From an uncultured virus (IMG/VR IMGVR_UViG_3300037467_000874) (lineage: Duplodnaviria > Heunggongvirae > Uroviricota > Caudoviricetes), in IMG/VR virus record IMGVR_UViG_3300037467_000874: a stretch of 64,000 nt of DNA; one strand, written 5' to 3'. The translations under genes were made by a program, and so were the position numbers. Under the pieces are notes generated by a model. That model worked only from the letters and a program-made list of their open reading frames with translations, did not search any database and was not told the origin of the DNA. How positions within the stretch are numbered: position 1 is the first letter of the stretch; each line of letters starts with the position of its first letter. Shown here in pieces: positions 59,295 through 64,000 of the stretch.

Positions 59295-59945
59295 TTATTT
59301 TGTTCCAGTAGAGCCATAACCATTTCTATTAGGACTCTTCAGTTCTTCTACTCTAACAAGGTTAACTTTTTCCATTTTCTTCATAATACGGAATTGACAA
59401 ACGCGATCACCTTTCTCAATCTTTCCATCGCGCAATGCGTACAATGGCAAGAACCATTGATCATCTGGCCCTTTATAACTCTCATCTACAATACCAACAG
59501 AGTTTGTTTGAATAACTCCGTAATTCTTAAATGTGCTACCACGCGGAGCAACATGGGCTTCGTAAGTGAATGGAAGAGACATCGCAACTCCAAGAGGTAA
59601 TTTAATAGATTCTCCTGCTTTATATTCCATTGACACAGCAGAACGAAGATCAATCCAGTCTCCATTAGGAATTTTCGTAATTTCTTCTGAGTCCCCATCA
59701 AAGTATTTAACGAGAATTGTAAGCGGTTTCTCATCAGTCTTAGCTACCTCATCTTTACGCTTCAGCTTGTCAATCTGTTCAAATTTGAATGTTTGACGAT
59801 TAATTACCGTATTGCCACCTTCGCGGCTTGCAACATAAGTAACTTCTGCTTGAAGGTTAGGAATGTCAAGTTTTTGAACAACACCAGTTTTCTTAAGTTC
59901 TTTGATCCAGATCGTTTCTTGCAATTTGTAGTAGCGTTTAGCCAT
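59295..59945 (-). CDS. dut: Trimeric dUTPase with N-terminal extra domain (start moved to ATG 59945)
   Basis: [45 protein letters not shown]. Confidence 0.88.
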   Translation of the reverse strand: MAKRYYKLQETIWIKELKKTGVVQKLDIPNLQAEVTYVASREGGNTVINRQTFKFEQIDKLKRKDEVAKTDEKPLTILVKYFDGDSEEITKIPNGDWIDLRSAVSMEYKAGESIKLPLGVAMSLPFTYEAHVAPRGSTFKNYGVIQTNSVGIVDESYKGPDDQWFLPLYALRDGKIEKGDRVCQFRIMKKMEKVNLVRVEELKSPNRNGYGSTGTK

Positions 59946-60027
59946 GTTAAATGCATCTCCTTTAGTATGTGGTTTATATAAGATAAGCTTATGAAAGCGC
60001 TTTCTTTGTTTCTCAATTACATAAGTT

Positions 60028-60056
60028 ATTATATCATTTATTCTTGCATCTGTCAA
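60028..60056 (-). promoter_or_regulatory. Sigma-A promoter with extended -10
   Basis: TTGACA-17-TATAAT with TG. Confidence 0.85.
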
Positions 60057-60059
60057 TGA

Positions 60060-60365
60060 TTATTTTGTAAGATCGATAATTTCTTGAAGCTCTCCCGGCT
60101 TAAATCCATTTGATCGCCTTATTTCATTTCCTTCAGCATCAAACAGAATTACGACAGGGATAGACATAATTTTAAAATCTCCTGCAATATCTGGATTTTC
60201 ATCAACATTAACCTTCAGAATATTGGCAATAGTATCCAAAGAAAGTGTATCCAGTAACCCATCAACAGATTTACATGGACCACACCACGGAGCACCGAAT
60301 TTAACGATAGTCTCGCCTTTTTTCAATTTCATAAATTCATCTTTATCTTTAATATTAATAATCAT
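60060..60365 (-). CDS. trxA: Thioredoxin
   Basis: WCGPCK, VNVD, MSIP. Confidence 0.95.
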   Translation of the reverse strand: MIINIKDKDEFMKLKKGETIVKFGAPWCGPCKSVDGLLDTLSLDTIANILKVNVDENPDIAGDFKIMSIPVVILFDAEGNEIRRSNGFKPGELQEIIDLTK

Positions 60366-60377
60366 TTAAATCTCTCC

Positions 60378-61418
60378 TTACAGGTCTCCCCAATTTTTAT
60401 CATGAGTCTTCTGGTAATTTGTAACAGTCGTTTGAAAGTAGTCCTGTTTAGTATTGTTTTGATCTTCATAACTCTCTACCCATTTCATAGGATTCTTATG
60501 TCCTACTTCTGGATACAAGTCTTCCCATCCAATACGCTTCATACGATTGTTTGCAAGGAATTTAATGTACGCTTCAAGTTGTACATTTGTGATTCCGTCA
60601 ATTTCATCATTCATAACATGGAATCCAAATGCAACTTCCCATTTGACAGCAGTACGTGCCATTTCACGCAACTCTTCAATAAACTCAGGAGTAAACAGTT
60701 CAGGATTTTCTTTTTGAAGCTCTTTCAAAATGTTTTCGAACATAACAACATGAGTAATCTCATCTTTTTGAATCTCTTTAATCATACTAGCAGTATTAAT
60801 CATCTTCTTATTCCTAGCAAGAGAATAAAAGAACGTGAATGCAGAATAGAAATAGATTCCTTCAAGTAAATAGTTAGCCATACAGGATTTGACAAAGTTT
60901 GCATCAGTTGGATCATCAATGAAATTCTGATACAGATCAGCAATCATCTTATTGCGCTCAAACATAAGGGGATCGTTACGCCACTCATCATAAATCTTCT
61001 CCTGTGTTTCCCAATCGCAAACAGTGTCAATTACAACAGAATAACTTTGGGCATGAACCTCTTCTTGGAATGCTTGTCGTGTAAGCAAACTAGATACTTC
61101 TGGTGCTGTGATATAAGACTTAAGGAAGTCAAGGTTCTCACATTGCAATGAATCAAGGAAATTGAGGAATGAAATAAACTTGTCAAATGCTCTACGTTCA
61201 GCAGTACTTAACATTTTAAAGTCAGTCTTGTCCTGAGTCATAGAAACGTTATCAGCTACCCAAAAGTTTTTCTCCATAACTACTCTAAGTTGATTAGCCC
61301 AAGGATATTTGGCACGATTCCATTCACGAATATTTGTAGTGGAGCCACCAATCATACGTTTTGTGCCACGATCACCATTCTCATTAAATAGTTTCTTTTT
61401 ATCTAAATTCATGTTCAT
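60378..61418 (-). CDS. nrdB: Class I ribonucleotide reductase beta subunit
   Basis: FLDSLQ, EEVHAQSY, LEGIYFYS.F, DEITH. Confidence 0.93.
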   Translation of the reverse strand: MNMNLDKKKLFNENGDRGTKRMIGGSTTNIREWNRAKYPWANQLRVVMEKNFWVADNVSMTQDKTDFKMLSTAERRAFDKFISFLNFLDSLQCENLDFLKSYITAPEVSSLLTRQAFQEEVHAQSYSVVIDTVCDWETQEKIYDEWRNDPLMFERNKMIADLYQNFIDDPTDANFVKSCMANYLLEGIYFYSAFTFFYSLARNKKMINTASMIKEIQKDEITHVVMFENILKELQKENPELFTPEFIEELREMARTAVKWEVAFGFHVMNDEIDGITNVQLEAYIKFLANNRMKRIGWEDLYPEVGHKNPMKWVESYEDQNNTKQDYFQTTVTNYQKTHDKNWGDL

Positions 61419-61432
61419 TCTCCTTTTATGTC

Positions 61433-61458
61433 AGTGTGGCGCTATTAAACGCCACACT
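61433..61458. other. Intergenic hairpin between the RNR genes
   Basis: AGTGTGGCG-ctattaaa-CGCCACACT; no U-tract in the sense direction. Confidence 0.55.
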
Positions 61459-61506
61459 ATTTATTCTTAGATTATTAAAAACGATACCACGAAACTTTTA
61501 AATTGT

Positions 61507-63786
61507 TTATTGGCAACTCAAGCACTCTTCAACGCTTAGTGTCTTTGTACGCATGTAGTAAACAGATTTCAAACCTTCTTGCCATGCAAGATCATAGAAG
61601 TCAAGCATTTCTTTAGGAGTCGTATTTTGATTAACATAAAGATTGAAAGAATTTCCTTGATCAATATGCTTTTGTCTAGCTCCTTGCGCTCTAATAGAGT
61701 AAGTTTGATTAATTGTATTAGCTTCTTTATAGTAAAAGAAATTGTCTTCGTTAAGATTAGGAGCAACTTGCGGAATCATACCATACTTCTTTTCTTCAAA
61801 GAAGAATTTGCTGAAGATTGGGTCAGTTCCAGCCGTTGTTCCAGAGATTACAGAAATGCTTGCAGTTGGAGCAATCGCTTCCATCCAGCCGTTACGTACA
61901 CCATTTTCCACAATATTAACCGCAAGATCGTACCAGTGTTCATTGCCTTCGACTGGTTGCAAATTCCCTTCTTCATCACGTGTACAGAGTCCACGAATAA
62001 CGAAATAATCTCCAGTATTATAGTCAGAGCCTTCAAATACAGAGTAAGCTCCACGTTCTTGAGCCAAAAGATAACTTGCTTTTACGATATAGTAATTCCA
62101 CTTTGCAAAGAACCTGTCTGCTTCTGCAATATGTGCTTCAGATTCCCAAACAATACCCTTATTAGCCATGTAAGCGTGATAGTTCATAATACCAGCACCA
62201 ACAGCACGATATTTCTTATTCGTCACTTCTGCTTCTTTGATAGGATAGAAGTTTACATCAATAACATTGTCAAGCATACGCATTTGTAGATATAATGTTT
62301 CTTCAAATTCTTCTTCTGTCAGATGATTTGCTCTGTCCATGTTAAAAGAAGATAGATTACAAACTACTGTATCACCAACATTTTTAACCGTATGCAATTT
62401 ACCATGTCTATCAACATATTGCTCATCAAATGTAGTCTCACTCATATTTTGTTTAATCTCTGTGCATAGATTGGATGAATAAATCATTCCAGCATGTTTA
62501 TTGGGATTCATTTTGTTTACTGTATCACGATAGAACATGAATGGCTTACCAGTTTCTGAAGCGCTCTCAAGGAATTTTCGCATTACATCAATTGCGTTAA
62601 CTTCTGTTTTTTCAATTGTCTCGTCTTCAACAAGAGATTTATAAATTTCAGTCCACTCTTCTCCGTAGAAGTCAGCAAGATAATAACCCCTCTTGTCATA
62701 TACTTCGTGAGGATCAATAAGCCACCATTTGCCACGCGCTCTTACTTGTTCCATAAAGTAATCAGATGCACACATTGCAGGGAACAAGTCAAGAACACGT
62801 GTTCTCTCATCACCATTTGGTTTACTCATACCAAGAACTTCAAAAATGTCTGGATGCCAGCAATCAACATAAACAGCGATTGCACCACTACGAGAACCAA
62901 GTTGGTCAACAGATTTAGCTGTAATTCCATATCCTTTCAACCAAGGAATGATACCATTGCTTAAGCCTTTGATACCTTGAATTTTAGCCCCTCGACTTCT
63001 GATTTTGCCCACATAAATTCCAATACCACCAGAGTATTTAGAAAGTTGTGCGGCATTTTGATCAACATCTTTAATACTCCAAAGATTATCTCCTGCTGTA
63101 AGAATGAAACAACTACTCATTTGTGTAAGCGGTCTACCAGCATTCAAAAGTGTTGGTGTAGCTACCATAACGTCAAGCTTGGAAATTACATCATAGAACT
63201 TTTTAGCCCAGTATACACGTTCACCCTTCTTCTCAACAGTAGCCAGAGTCATTGCAACAGCCATGAAGCGTTCTTGTGGAAGTTCAATGACATCACCTTT
63301 TCTACTTTTGACCAAGTATTTTTGATAAAGCATATCAATTCCACCATAGTTTAAAAGCTCATCACGTTCAGGTTTAATATATTTACCCAATTCTTCTAAC
63401 TCAGAGTGAGTGTAAGATTTTGTCATGTATGAACCATATAAGCCGCTTGCAACAAGTTCTTTGACCATTTTGGGATATCCATGATAACCAAATTTCTTTT
63501 TATGCCCTCTATTACGACTAGCTTCTTTATATAAATTATATGCCAATAGTCTAGATGCTACAAATTGCCATTTGGTATTTTCAACACTAGTTTTTTCTGC
63601 GGCAATTTTAATTAAGATATTCTGAATCTCCGTAGTAGTCATATCTTTTTTAACATTCATTTGCAAATCATCTGCAAATTCATTATACATATCCTCATCT
63701 TGAATTGCGTATTTTAGAACCTTCATAATTTTATCGAAATTGAAAGATTCTTTCTGACCACTTCTCTTGATAACTTCCATTGTCAA
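61507..63786 (-). CDS. nrdA: Class I ribonucleotide reductase alpha subunit with ATP cone
   Basis: VIKRSG..E.F..DKI, ATPTL.NAG, SSCF, SNLCTEI, VCNLSS, APTAS, YYMR, CLSC. Confidence 0.95.
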   Translation of the reverse strand: MTMEVIKRSGQKESFNFDKIMKVLKYAIQDEDMYNEFADDLQMNVKKDMTTTEIQNILIKIAAEKTSVENTKWQFVASRLLAYNLYKEASRNRGHKKKFGYHGYPKMVKELVASGLYGSYMTKSYTHSELEELGKYIKPERDELLNYGGIDMLYQKYLVKSRKGDVIELPQERFMAVAMTLATVEKKGERVYWAKKFYDVISKLDVMVATPTLLNAGRPLTQMSSCFILTAGDNLWSIKDVDQNAAQLSKYSGGIGIYVGKIRSRGAKIQGIKGLSNGIIPWLKGYGITAKSVDQLGSRSGAIAVYVDCWHPDIFEVLGMSKPNGDERTRVLDLFPAMCASDYFMEQVRARGKWWLIDPHEVYDKRGYYLADFYGEEWTEIYKSLVEDETIEKTEVNAIDVMRKFLESASETGKPFMFYRDTVNKMNPNKHAGMIYSSNLCTEIKQNMSETTFDEQYVDRHGKLHTVKNVGDTVVCNLSSFNMDRANHLTEEEFEETLYLQMRMLDNVIDVNFYPIKEAEVTNKKYRAVGAGIMNYHAYMANKGIVWESEAHIAEADRFFAKWNYYIVKASYLLAQERGAYSVFEGSDYNTGDYFVIRGLCTRDEEGNLQPVEGNEHWYDLAVNIVENGVRNGWMEAIAPTASISVISGTTAGTDPIFSKFFFEEKKYGMIPQVAPNLNEDNFFYYKEANTINQTYSIRAQGARQKHIDQGNSFNLYVNQNTTPKEMLDFYDLAWQEGLKSVYYMRTKTLSVEECLSCQ

Positions 63787-63830
63787 TCCATTCCCTTCTT
63801 GTCATTTGTGTAATATGTACTATAAGATGA

Positions 63831-63928
63831 ATAAACGTGCCACCTCACTTTGGAGATGACACGTTTATAAGAATACCATATTCTCTAATGGTAACTTATA
63901 TTATATCACACTTATATCCTCTTGTCAA
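63831..63928 (-). promoter_or_regulatory. Sigma-A promoter and 16-bp leader hairpin upstream of nrdA
   Basis: TTGACA(63928)-17-TATAAT; hairpin 63868-63831 with two G-U pairs. Confidence 0.75.
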
Positions 63929-63936
63929 AGATGCAA

Positions 63937-64000
63937 TTACTTGGAGTTAGGTAGAGGAACTTGAACCATCGAATTGCTTCCACTTACAGCAGGCAATTTA
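63937..64000 (-). CDS. 3' end of upstream gene (possibly SPFH/prohibitin-like), partial
   Basis: ...KLPAVSGSNSMVQVPLPNSK* resembles the (WDG)KLP tail of phage SPFH proteins. Confidence 0.3.
   Translation of the reverse strand, partial: KLPAVSGSNSMVQVPLPNSK

Noticed and set aside
59946..60056. ORF-track N-terminal extensions of dut (also 34220-34270 and 58502-58540)
   Set aside because: They run through promoters or terminators; better RBS-supported starts lie downstream.
60378..63786. Introns or inteins in the RNR genes, or a metal-free class Ie beta subunit
   Set aside because: Both ORFs are continuous and of normal length; the beta-subunit metal ligands and radical Tyr are present.
1..64000. 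tRNA genes, integrase/att site, alternative genetic code
   Set aside because: No cloverleaf or recombinase was seen, and genes translate intact with the standard code; lifestyle cannot be settled from this window.

Overview
64-kb segment of a large, AT-rich Bacillota (Bacillus/Paenibacillus-type) siphovirus whose head and tail gene order resembles SPbeta-like phages. The + strand (1-36.5 kb) carries a phosphoesterase, terminase, portal, protease/scaffold, capsid, head-tail joining and tail genes, a 1989-aa tape measure, modular tail fibres, a lysis cassette and a beta-helix depolymerase-like gene. The - strand (36.5-64 kb) carries replication and nucleotide-metabolism genes (RNR, thioredoxin, dUTPase, ThyA, DHFR, RNase H, DnaE, ClpP-like, Gmk, RusA) and many small ORFs. 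The two halves converge on a bidirectional terminator. Main points of interest: (1) a complete group I intron with a LAGLIDADG ORF splitting dnaE at the FNKAH^SQAY motif; (2) a coupled Nampt-Nmnat-Nudix operon resembling a phage NAD+ reconstitution pathway; (3) an asymmetric, transcription-oriented 16-19 bp box repeated in sigma-A promoters and gene junctions; (4) promoter-proximal terminators; (5) nested internal starts in the endolysin and protease/scaffold genes; (6) a GC-shifted, cassette-built tail fibre. All calls are by eye from motifs and synteny; no database searches were run.
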